Origin: Breznakia blatticola
GTDB lineage: Bacteria > Bacillota_I > Bacilli_A > Erysipelotrichales > Erysipelotrichaceae
DNA length: 32,000 bases
NCBI RefSeq assembly: GCF_004365815.1
Contig: NZ_SODD01000017.1
Span: 1 to 32,000 of the forward strand
Direction of reading: 5' to 3'
The translations under genes were made by a program, and so were the position numbers. The number at the start of each line of letters is the position of its first letter. Positions within the stretch are counted from its first letter, which is position 1. A model generated the notes under the pieces. The model did no database searches, was not told the origin of the DNA, and saw only the letters and a program-made list of their open reading frames with translations. Below are positions 1 to 7,844 of this stretch, piece by piece.

Positions 1-132
1 CAATATGGACATTCTTCAAATTTGGATTTCAATACGACCTTAAAAATGGTTTCTTCTTTTTTTGACTCAACATCTAAACATTCAATATCTTCTTCGTTGA
101 TATTTAGTTGAGATGTGATAAACTTTTTCATA
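1..132 (-). CDS. ISL3-family transposase, N-terminal fragment (gene continues beyond window edge)
   Basis: Reverse-strand ATG at 132-130 with a GGGAGG SD 10 nt upstream (complement of 143-148). The translation MKKFITSQLNINEEDIECLDVESKKEETIFKVVLKSKFEECPY mirrors the N-terminus of the intact ISL3-type transposase at 8631-9992 (MKKFIMKALALSEE...HYCPKC). Confidence 0.6.
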
Positions 133-213
133 GGATTTAATCCTCCCTTCATAATTATTTTTCCTCACGAGAACAATAATAACATGAAGGGTTTTTTATA
201 AAAAAAAGGGGCA

Positions 214-290
214 CCCACACACTAAGTAATGGTGCCTCAAAAAATACCACACATTAAGTAATAGTAATACCACACCCACACATTAAGAAA
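214..290 (+). repeat. Three direct copies of CCACACA(C/T)TAAG(T/A)AA-type motif
   Basis: CCCACACACTAAGTAA starts at 214, CCACACATTAAGTAA at 247 and CCCACACATTAAGAAA at 275. Start-to-start spacing is 33 and 28 bp. Confidence 0.7.
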
Positions 291-313
291 AAGCGCCTTT
301 TTTTGTGGAATAT

Positions 314-349
314 AAAAAACCATTGGTCTGTGGGGGTCCAATGGTTTTT
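314..349. terminator. Strong hairpin flanked by A and T runs (bidirectional terminator-like)
   Basis: AAAAACCATTGG (315-326) pairs with CCAATGGTTTTT (338-349) across an 11-nt loop. It lies between the ISL3 end and nudC. Confidence 0.5.
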
Positions 350-535
350 GCTTTACTTCTATGTAGGGGTTATGAATATTAAATGTGTAAAATCATTAAT
401 TATAAGAAAACATTGAGGGAATATGTTTAATATTCAATATCATAGAAGTTCTATCCACTCTCCTATATAAAGTGGTATTATTATCTTATCATAAATAAAA
501 ATACTTACACTTCATATGATTGAAAAAGTTAAAGT

Positions 536-1423
536 TTGGAAAAATCAAACATTTTTTTGGAAGAAATGCTACTCATTGAAGTGAGAAAGGATTCTATGCT
601 ACAAGAAATTTATCCGGATCAATTAGATAATAGTTTTAAACAAAAAGAGATACATGATGATGCTTGGGTTGTACAAGTAAGTAAACAAGGTTTGTTATCG
701 AAAAAAGATGGAAAGTATGTTCGTTTTTATACATATAAGGAACTACAGGAAGCAAATATACATTTTAAGCAAATCGTCTATGGTTTTCAAATTGCTTCAC
801 ATGATGTTTTCATAGGTTTGGATCGTACGATGATTGAAAATTATACATATACCCCATTACGTACTTTTATAGCTCAAAGCCAACAAGTCGTGAGTTATGC
901 AGCAAGTAGTGCATATCATTTAGCACAATGGTATCGTCGATATCGGTATTGTGGACATTGTGGAAGTGCATTTCATCATTCGACAAGTGAACGTGCTTTA
1001 GTTTGTGAAGTATGTGGGAATATTGAATACCCAAGAATCAATCCAGCAGTTATTGTTGCTGTAATCAGTGGAGATCGACTCTTACTGACAAAGTATGCAG
1101 GTAGGGAATATGCACGTTTTGCCTTAGTTGCTGGTTTTGTTGAAATTGGTGAAACTGTAGAAGAGGCATGTCAAAGGGAAGTAAAAGAAGAAGTTGGAAT
1201 CAACATTAAAAATCTTCGTTACTATAAAAGCCAACCATGGGGTGTTAGTGAATCGATATTGATGGGATTCTATGCTGAAGTGGATGGCGATACAAAAATT
1301 ACGTTAGATGAAGAAGAACTTGCACTAGCCCAATGGTTGAAAGTTGATGAAATTGGTGATGACTTTTCAACAGATTCATTAACTGGTCAAATGATTCAAA
1401 ATTTCAAGGATGGAAATCATTGA
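536..1423 (+). CDS. nudC: NADH pyrophosphatase / NAD-cap decapping Nudix hydrolase NudC
   Basis: Zinc ribbon CGHCGSAFHH...CEVCG is followed by the Nudix box GFVEIGETVEEACQREVKEEVGI and a SQPWG motif. The start is uncertain: TTG 536, or ATG 566 or 596. Confidence 0.9.
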   Translation: MEKSNIFLEEMLLIEVRKDSMLQEIYPDQLDNSFKQKEIHDDAWVVQVSKQGLLSKKDGKYVRFYTYKELQEANIHFKQIVYGFQIASHDVFIGLDRTMIENYTYTPLRTFIAQSQQVVSYAASSAYHLAQWYRRYRYCGHCGSAFHHSTSERALVCEVCGNIEYPRINPAVIVAVISGDRLLLTKYAGREYARFALVAGFVEIGETVEEACQREVKEEVGINIKNLRYYKSQPWGVSESILMGFYAEVDGDTKITLDEEELALAQWLKVDEIGDDFSTDSLTGQMIQNFKDGNH

Positions 1424-1510
1424 AATGTATCTGCTTTTCAATAAAACCATTGTGTGATTTTCTTGACTTATATAGGTAGAATCCTTACAATTTTCTTAAG
1501 AAAGTAGGTA

Positions 1511-2848
1511 GTGATGATAAACATAATAATTCTTATTGTTTTGGTTTTATTAAATGCGTTTTTCTCGGGTAGTGAGATTGCCTTAATCTCGTTAAATAAA
1601 AAGAAATTAAAGATTGAAGCAGAAGAAGGAAATAAAAAATCTGCAATGCTTTATCGTCTTGTGAATGTACCCAATCGCTTGTTGTCAGTAATCCAAGTTG
1701 GGGTTACATTATCTGGGTTTCTAAACTCAGCTCTTGCAAGTGACGCTTTTGCGGATAATCTAGTTGAGTTGATGCAAAATATGGGATTATCTTTGAATGC
1801 TGGGGCTATGCGTAGCATCTCTATGGCATTAATTACAATCATTTTATCGTTTGTAACTTTGATCTTTGGAGAACTCGTTCCAAAACGAATTGCGATGGCA
1901 AAGCCAACAACCTTTGCAAACGTCGTAGCAGTACCAATAAACCTTCTGTACAAGCTTTTCTTACCTTTTGTGTATGTATTATCGTTTTGTACAAATGGTG
2001 TCTTACGCTTGCTTAGAATTGACCCTAATAAGAGTGATGATTTAGTAAGTGAAGAAGAAATACGTTTGATGGTAGCAACAAGTAGCGAAGAAGGTGAAAT
2101 TAATGTCACTGAGCGTGAAATGATTGATAACATCTTTGAGTTCAACGATACAGAAGTAAGTGAAGTAATGACACACCGTGTTGATGTTGAAGGTCTCGAA
2201 GTTCATGCAAGCTATAATGAAGTAATGGATTACTTTAAAGATTCACGCTTTACAAGAATTCCAGTGTATGATGAAACCTTAGATGATATTGTAGGATTAT
2301 TACACGCAAAAGATTTACTTCGCTATGTATATGAAAAGCATGATGTAAAAACATTTGATTTACGTAACATTATTCAAGATGCAGTATTTGTGCCTGACTC
2401 ACTAGCAATCGATAAATTATTCTACGATTTGAAAAAACGTCATAAACATATGGCAATTGTAATTGATGAATATGGTGGAACTGCAGGAATTGTCACAATG
2501 GAAGACTTAATTGAAGAAATCGTTGGTGAAGTATTTGATGAATACGATGATGTACCAGTTGAATATCGTAAAATTGGGGATCATACGTATTTGATGGAAG
2601 GTTCAATTGAACTTGATGAGGTAGAGAAAATTCTAAAGATTCAACTTCCAGTAGATGAATATGATACATTAAATGGGTTCCTTGTTTCTGAATTGGAACG
2701 TTTACCAGAAAAAGATGATAATGCATATATTGATTTTGCTGGATATCGTTTTACAATTACACAAGTTGATGAAAAAGTCATCAAGGAAGCAAAAGTAGAA
2801 AAACTAGATGAAGAAGAACTTGCTTTAGATAAAGAACAAGCAAAATAA
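1511..2848 (+). CDS. Hemolysin-family CNNM(DUF21)-CBS pair-CorC/HlyC domain membrane protein (putative Mg/Co transport-related)
   Basis: N-terminal multi-TM region with GELVPKRIA, a CBS-pair region (VMTHRVDV..., RIPVYDE..., HMAIVIDEYGGTAGIVTMEDLIEEIVGE) and a C-terminal CorC_HlyC-like segment. The start is GTG 1511 or ATG 1514. Confidence 0.9.
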   Translation: MMINIIILIVLVLLNAFFSGSEIALISLNKKKLKIEAEEGNKKSAMLYRLVNVPNRLLSVIQVGVTLSGFLNSALASDAFADNLVELMQNMGLSLNAGAMRSISMALITIILSFVTLIFGELVPKRIAMAKPTTFANVVAVPINLLYKLFLPFVYVLSFCTNGVLRLLRIDPNKSDDLVSEEEIRLMVATSSEEGEINVTEREMIDNIFEFNDTEVSEVMTHRVDVEGLEVHASYNEVMDYFKDSRFTRIPVYDETLDDIVGLLHAKDLLRYVYEKHDVKTFDLRNIIQDAVFVPDSLAIDKLFYDLKKRHKHMAIVIDEYGGTAGIVTMEDLIEEIVGEVFDEYDDVPVEYRKIGDHTYLMEGSIELDEVEKILKIQLPVDEYDTLNGFLVSELERLPEKDDNAYIDFAGYRFTITQVDEKVIKEAKVEKLDEEELALDKEQAK

Positions 2849-2860
2849 GAATGTGAGGGT

Positions 2861-3139
2861 ATGCAATTGGCAAACACAGAAACAATTAAAACAGAACAAC
2901 TGCAAAAGATGAAACTGTATCTTTATGCATTGTCTGCAGCATGTATTATCATTTCAAGAATTATGAATTTAATCGATTGGAATCTTGGAATGAGTATCAC
3001 AAGTGTGCTAGTTGCTATCACATTATTGATTGATGCATACAATTTTAAAAATCGAAAGCAATATGTGCATGCATTTTTAAATGGTGCACTTGCAATTGTT
3101 ATTGTTGTAATGATTGTAATTTTGTGGATTATATTATAA
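2861..3139 (+). CDS. Small hydrophobic membrane protein, unknown function
   Basis: 92-aa ORF with 2-3 predicted hydrophobic spans (LYLYALSAACIIISRI, ITSVLVAITLLIDA, ALAIVIVVMIVILWII). SD spacing is poor, so the start is uncertain. Confidence 0.45.
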   Translation: MQLANTETIKTEQLQKMKLYLYALSAACIIISRIMNLIDWNLGMSITSVLVAITLLIDAYNFKNRKQYVHAFLNGALAIVIVVMIVILWIIL

Positions 3140-3251
3140 ACAAAAAAGAGGATGTAACGGTTAGTTTATTCATTAACAAAAGCGAAGATGCTGCAAAAGA
3201 ACTAGCGAAAGAAATCGACGAAGTATTGTTACAAGATAATCAAGAATAAAA

Positions 3252-3280
3252 AAGGACGCCAATGTGGCGTCTTATTTTTT
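3252..3280 (+). terminator. Rho-independent terminator
   Basis: GACGCCA-atg-TGGCGTC stem followed by TTATTTTTT. Confidence 0.7.
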
Positions 3281-3516
3281 CGGGGAGGCGATTATCTCAT
3301 TCGAATAGAAAAATGTATTAGTTGATAACCGCCCATTAGGTTTATGTCCGCGAAAAGGGAATTAATGCAGACATAAGATAATTCTATAAGATTTCATGAA
3401 GTTGGTCAAAGGGAAATTTCATACAAAAAATACAGCAAATTACTTATAAAATATGGTAGTTATAAAAACTATTTGTTAGAATTGTATTAATGTTTTCAAT
3501 TTTATAAAATAATCTA

Positions 3517-3544
3517 GCAACATTTTTTTAATTAAAACATCCTT
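3517..3544 (+). promoter_or_regulatory. Candidate ECF-type promoter, variant form (GCAACATTT-N13-ATCCTT), upstream of sigma gene 1
   Basis: 7/9 match to CCAACCTTT. The AAC-N17 spacing and the downstream hexamer ATCCTT are identical to the site at 4990-5017. It lies 43 nt upstream of ATG 3587. Confidence 0.3.
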
Positions 3545-3586
3545 CTTCTGTAGAAAAGATTGCGTGTGCGTGAAAGGAAGGACAAA

Positions 3587-4981
3587 ATGAACGAAAGGAT
3601 AGATGTTTCAGTTGTACGAAGATTACAAAATGGGGATATGGGGGCTCTTGAAGAAATTTATAGTTTTTATAAGGGACCATTGTATTACTATGCATTATCG
3701 ATTTTAAGAAATCCGGCTGATGCAGAAGAAGTGATGCAAGATGTAATTTGTACAGTTCAAACAAAGATTAATCAATTACGAAACTCAGAATCGTTTCATT
3801 TCTGGTTATTTAGTATTGCAGGAAATGAATGCAAAGGGAAGCTACGGGCAAAAGACAGGATTATTCAGCCAAACGAGGAACATAATATCGAGGATGTTGT
3901 AATAGCTCCTGATAGTCCTGAAAAAGAATTTGATGACTTGAATATATTAAATGTAATCCTAGCTTCATTTCAAAAACTGAGTGATACCTACAAGGAAACA
4001 GCAGAATTGCGGTTCCTTGGTGGATTATCAATGAAGGAGATTGCAGAGAAGTTAGATGTTTCTCCTAGTTTAGTTAAAAGTAGACTCTATGATATTCGAC
4101 AATATGTTATGGCGGACTTAGAACAACAAGGATATAAGCCAGAAACATACTACAGTGTAGAAGCAGGACCGTTATTATTTGTTCAAATGCAGCAAAGCTA
4201 TGAAGCGATGTCTACGGGAAAAGAAACAACTGAAATAGAGTTAACAGATTATTCGTTTCTACAAGGTGTTTTGCAGGGTGTTTGTCAGTTTGGAAGTCAA
4301 GCTGCTAGTGCAATCGGACAAGTATTGAATGCGATTGAATTTTCAAGCCTAGTTTTATCTAGTCTAACTGTTAGTGCACTTGTTTTACCATCGTTGTTTG
4401 GAATACATGATGAATGGTTAGTTAGTGGTTATGATATATTAACGAAACCGGCAGACATTTGTAGATTTGCGGAAGCAAACGCTTCTGACAATAAAGTCAT
4501 CTATAAAAAGCCAAGTTATGCAAATATAATCGATGTAGTTAAATACTATCAAAATCCGATTGCAGGACCGTTAGAGGTTCGAGTCTATTTGGTAAATGGA
4601 TATCAAAATGAAGATATCAGTATTTTATATGAGGATGAAAAACTCAATTATCAAGTAACGAATGAGTATCTATTATTCTATGCAAGTGTAAACGGACGAT
4701 ATGTCATAAATATTGGTAACGATAAGAAGTATTTTGATATCAACAATATTGATAACGATATCCCAGTTGTGACTTCGATGAACTATACAAAAGGAGTCAT
4801 GCGATTTGAAATAAAAGAATCAAAGAACAAGATAGATTATAAAAAGTCGTACATATTATATAAGGATAAGAAAATTACTTTACCTAAGAGTAAAGTAATT
4901 CATGGAATATATGAGGATGTAATAGAAGTTGTGTTGGTTGATGATAAGGGGAATAAAAATACCTTTAGATTCAATATTTAA
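3587..4981 (+). CDS. ECF-like sigma-70 family sigma factor fused to a TM segment and a C-terminal extracytoplasmic domain (copy 1)
   Basis: ATG 3587 is preceded by AAAGGAAGG, and the N-terminus aligns with the paralogue (MNERIDVSVV vs MNKRIDVTYV). Region 2 is represented by DAEEVMQDVI...FHFWLFSIAGNEC. The region 4 HTH is ELRFLGGLSMKEIAEKLDVSPSLVKSRLY. One hydrophobic span is encoded at nt 4334-4402, followed by a conserved beta-rich C-terminal domain. Confidence 0.85.
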   Translation: MNERIDVSVVRRLQNGDMGALEEIYSFYKGPLYYYALSILRNPADAEEVMQDVICTVQTKINQLRNSESFHFWLFSIAGNECKGKLRAKDRIIQPNEEHNIEDVVIAPDSPEKEFDDLNILNVILASFQKLSDTYKETAELRFLGGLSMKEIAEKLDVSPSLVKSRLYDIRQYVMADLEQQGYKPETYYSVEAGPLLFVQMQQSYEAMSTGKETTEIELTDYSFLQGVLQGVCQFGSQAASAIGQVLNAIEFSSLVLSSLTVSALVLPSLFGIHDEWLVSGYDILTKPADICRFAEANASDNKVIYKKPSYANIIDVVKYYQNPIAGPLEVRVYLVNGYQNEDISILYEDEKLNYQVTNEYLLFYASVNGRYVINIGNDKKYFDINNIDNDIPVVTSMNYTKGVMRFEIKESKNKIDYKKSYILYKDKKITLPKSKVIHGIYEDVIEVVLVDDKGNKNTFRFNI

Positions 4982-4989
4982 AAAACTAT

Positions 4990-5017
4990 CCAACCTTTGA
5001 AGGATTACTAAATCCTT
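4990..5017 (+). promoter_or_regulatory. Candidate ECF-type promoter CCAACCTTT-N13-ATCCTT upstream of surface-protein gene 1
   Basis: Exact shared 9-mer located 9 nt after the sigma stop codon, with the same AAC-N17-RTC spacing as the other three exact copies. Confidence 0.45.
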
Positions 5018-5133
5018 TAGGTGTATAGAAAAATGTGTGTGGAGGTATAGAGATGCAGTGGATTACGTAAATTTAACAAAAAGAAAAATTGAAAAAATGA
5101 AAAGTGAAAGTGTAAATATAAATGGAGGAAATT

Positions 5134-7743
5134 ATGAATAAAGCAAAAAAGTATTTAATGATATGTTTAATTAGTGGTTTATTTTTAACTGGGACAGGAT
5201 TTGCAGATGTAGAGCAACCTGTTGAAGATCCAAAAGAAATAACTGAAGTGACAGATGAAGTAGAAGTTACAGAAACAGAAGAAGAAACTGAAGAAGTAAC
5301 TGTAGATGTAGAACAAATAGAAGAAGAGAAATCAGAACCAAAAGCAGCACTTGTTGCACCAGTTGCAACCGCAACGTTAAGTGCACCGATTACACCGGTG
5401 ACTACTGCTGGGGAAACACGTACGATTACAGCTCAAGGAAATTGGGGTGTTGATTGGGTACTTTACGATGACGGAGAATTGGTGTTAAGTGAAGGAGAGT
5501 TAAGAGCGAGAGGTTCCAATGATACTGCTCCGGGTAATTTTGCGGCGTATAAAGATAGTATTGTGAAAATAACAGTTGATGATTTAGTAAACATTCAAGA
5601 TGGAAAAAACCTATTCGGAAAGTACAAAGCCCTTGAAACCATAGAAGGCGGGACGAATTTTACTTTTATAGGAGCTGACATATCACTATATGAGATGTTT
5701 TATCAGTGCAATAGGTTAAGTAAGCTAGATGTGTCCGGATGGGATACAAAAAATGTAACAAATATGCATGGTATGTTCAACGGTTGTAGTAGTATTGCAT
5801 CATTAGACGTATCTGGATGGGATACAAAAAACGTAACAAGTATGGGTTATATGTTTTCTTGGTGTAAAACTTTAGCAGCCGTAGATGTATCTGGATGGGA
5901 TACAAAAAACGTAACAAACATGAATAGTATGTTTGATTATTGCCATGTTTTAACAGAGCTAGATGTATCTGAATGGGATACAGGAAACGTAACAAGTATG
6001 TCTTATATGTTCCAAAGGTGCGATGAGTTAGTGACATTAGATGTATCTGGATGGGATACAAAAAACGTAACAAATATGAACTATATGTTTACTAGTTGTG
6101 GTTTAAGAACCATAGATGTATCTAAATGGGATACAGGAAACGTAAAACACATGAGTAATATGTTTTCCTCAAGTGATTTCAAAGCGCTAGATTTGTCTGG
6201 ATGGAATACAAAAAATGTAATAAATATGAAAGAAATGTTTAGAAATATGATTAGTCTAAGAACGCTAGATTTATCTGGATGGGATACAAGTAGTGTAATA
6301 TATAAGGATTATATATTTAAAAATAATATGATTTATACAATCGCGTTGGGTGAAAATTCAATTTTTTCTGGATGGGACACACTGCTTACAGAAAATTGGA
6401 TGTCACCTACTCCAAGTTGGCGTACTGAAAGATGGATAGGATTAACAACAGGAAACGTTTACAACGATTCTGATGAATTCATGGAAAATTATGATGGCTC
6501 AATTCCAGACACATACCAATGGGAATACTTGGTGAGTATTAATTTTGATTTAAATGGTGGAGATAGAAACCCATTAATATCAACCAAAACTATTAATCAA
6601 TTATCTACAGTTTCATCAATTATAAAAGATATTCCAAATCCAACAAAGAAAGGACATGAATTTCTAGGGTGGGAAATAGTTGGTGATTTGGCATGGGACA
6701 TGGAAACAACCACACCGCATGGCTATGCTTCTAGTAATGACTTGAATATAGAAGAAATGGCTACAACTCCAATTAATCTAAAGGCAAAATGGAAAGCTAA
6801 AGAATACAACATCATTTACAACTTAGATGGCGGTGAAAATGCAACAACTAACCCAACTGGATACACATATGGAGTTGGAGTAAAATCATTCGAAGAACCA
6901 ACAAAAGAAGGGCACACATTCTTAGGTTGGTACAGTGATGCAGACTTCACAACAGAAGTAACATCTATTTCAGAGACACAATTAGAAGACGTAATATTAT
7001 ATGCAAAATGGAAAGCCAATGATTACACAATTAACTATGAATTAGACGGAGGGGCAAATACTTCAGAAAATCCACTAGGATACACCTTTGGTGTAGGGGT
7101 TAAAGCGTTTAAAGCACCAACAAAAGTAGGATTTACATTTGAAGGATGGTACAGTGATGCAGACTTCACAACAGAAGTGACAAATATTAGTGAAACACAG
7201 ATGGAAGATGTAACTCTATACGCAAAATGGGAACTTAACCGTTATACCATCACATATGAACTAGACGGTGGAGAAAACCACAAAGATAACTCAGCAGGAT
7301 TTGCATTTGGTGAAGGCGTAGAAAAACTAGAAGAACCAACAAAAGCTGGATACACATTCTTAGGATGGTTTGATGCACAAACTGGTGGAAATGAAGTAGT
7401 AAAAATCGCGAAAGAAAGAAACGAAGACATTACGCTTTATGCTCGCTGGAAACAAAACCCACAAGAACCAATAGTAAACCCAGATAAAGATAAAGAAAAT
7501 CCAACTGAAAATACACCAAATGATAACAACACAGTAATTAATGCTGATGAAAGTGATAATGGAAGTACTACAGAAAATGTAGTAAACAACCCAAACGTAG
7601 CTCCAGAATTTAACGGTTCGACAGCAAACGTTTCTGGTTCTGTTCAAACAGGTGATGAAACCAACATTATGACTTTATACGTTTTATTAGGATTAGCATT
7701 ATTAAGTGGTGGTATGATTACCAGAAGAAAACTGAAAAAATAG
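5134..7743 (+). CDS. Secreted surface protein with BspA/DUF285-type 26-residue LRRs, Listeria-Bacteroides (Flg_new) repeats and a sorting-signal-like tail (copy 1)
   Basis: ATG 5134 follows TGGAGGA. The signal peptide is MNKAKKYLMICLISGLFLTGTGFA. There are eight D(V/L)SxW(D/N)TxNVxxMxxMF repeats and four Y.I.Y.LDGG...GW...LYAKW modules. A P/N-rich stalk leads to SVQTGDETN, a hydrophobic span and RRKLKK. Confidence 0.9.
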   Translation: MNKAKKYLMICLISGLFLTGTGFADVEQPVEDPKEITEVTDEVEVTETEEETEEVTVDVEQIEEEKSEPKAALVAPVATATLSAPITPVTTAGETRTITAQGNWGVDWVLYDDGELVLSEGELRARGSNDTAPGNFAAYKDSIVKITVDDLVNIQDGKNLFGKYKALETIEGGTNFTFIGADISLYEMFYQCNRLSKLDVSGWDTKNVTNMHGMFNGCSSIASLDVSGWDTKNVTSMGYMFSWCKTLAAVDVSGWDTKNVTNMNSMFDYCHVLTELDVSEWDTGNVTSMSYMFQRCDELVTLDVSGWDTKNVTNMNYMFTSCGLRTIDVSKWDTGNVKHMSNMFSSSDFKALDLSGWNTKNVINMKEMFRNMISLRTLDLSGWDTSSVIYKDYIFKNNMIYTIALGENSIFSGWDTLLTENWMSPTPSWRTERWIGLTTGNVYNDSDEFMENYDGSIPDTYQWEYLVSINFDLNGGDRNPLISTKTINQLSTVSSIIKDIPNPTKKGHEFLGWEIVGDLAWDMETTTPHGYASSNDLNIEEMATTPINLKAKWKAKEYNIIYNLDGGENATTNPTGYTYGVGVKSFEEPTKEGHTFLGWYSDADFTTEVTSISETQLEDVILYAKWKANDYTINYELDGGANTSENPLGYTFGVGVKAFKAPTKVGFTFEGWYSDADFTTEVTNISETQMEDVTLYAKWELNRYTITYELDGGENHKDNSAGFAFGEGVEKLEEPTKAGYTFLGWFDAQTGGNEVVKIAKERNEDITLYARWKQNPQEPIVNPDKDKENPTENTPNDNNTVINADESDNGSTTENVVNNPNVAPEFNGSTANVSGSVQTGDETNIMTLYVLLGLALLSGGMITRRKLKK
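5728..6320 (+). repeat. Tandem 75-78-bp coding repeats (LRR units)
   Basis: The 31-nt core GTATCTGGATGGGATACAAAAAACGTAACAA is identical at 5809, 5887 and 6043. Diverged copies lie at 5731, 5965, 6118, 6193 and 6271. Confidence 0.85.
6802..7458 (+). repeat. Three tandem 219-bp coding modules (Flg_new / Listeria-Bacteroides repeat)
   Basis: Module starts at 6802, 7021 and 7240 are exactly 219 bp apart. They share long identical stretches such as TGGTACAGTGATGCAGACTTCACAACAGAAGT. Confidence 0.85.
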
Positions 7744-7844
7744 TATGGAAAAAGACTCAAAAATTTGTAATGTCATTAAGTTAAGAGTCTATCAACTAAG
7801 CAAAATTCTGGCTCTTTAAAAAAATAAGGGGTTTGAAGAAAATG

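Larger units (their letters stand above)
1..300 (-). mobile_element. ISL3-type insertion sequence, transposase-proximal end only (partial; outer boundary approximate)
   Basis: Transposase 5' end plus an upstream region homologous in layout to 9993-10150 of the second ISL3 element. For example, CAATAATAACATGAA here corresponds to CAATAAAATCATAAT there, and both carry three motif copies with the same 33/28-bp spacing. Confidence 0.45.

Noticed and set aside
1904-1912. Near match (ACAACCTTT) to the cassette promoter 9-mer inside the CNNM gene
   Set aside because: It is an 8/9 match located within coding sequence and lacks the RTC element at the fixed spacing (CAGTAC instead). Other 7/9 matches, for example near 8632, 9843 and 24964, fail in the same way.
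1651-2145. 164-aa antisense ORF within the CNNM gene, and similar off-frame or antisense ORFs in the track (for example 12161-12433, 15006-15311, 16221-16493, 18617-18928, 19717-20072, 20497-21307, 25636-26516, 28415-28758, 31604-31960)
   Set aside because: All are embedded in longer ORFs that have clear family motifs. They lack SDs and have low-complexity or atypical composition.
3124-3249. Possible 41-codon ORF (GTG start, VDYIINKKEDVTVSLFINKSEDAAKELAKEIDEVLLQDNQE) just before the terminator
   Set aside because: There is no SD, the start codon lies inside the previous gene, and the ORF is too short to judge from sequence alone.
5777-6073. 98-aa antisense ORF with the repeating peptide LLRFLYPIQIHL
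   Set aside because: It is the reverse-frame shadow of the 78-bp LRR coding repeats of the adhesin gene. It has no SD, and the periodicity simply mirrors the sense-strand repeats.
5728-6320. Regularly spaced repeats considered as a CRISPR array
   Set aside because: The units are contiguous 75-78-bp in-frame coding repeats inside a long ORF. There is no repeat/unique-spacer alternation and there are no cas genes.
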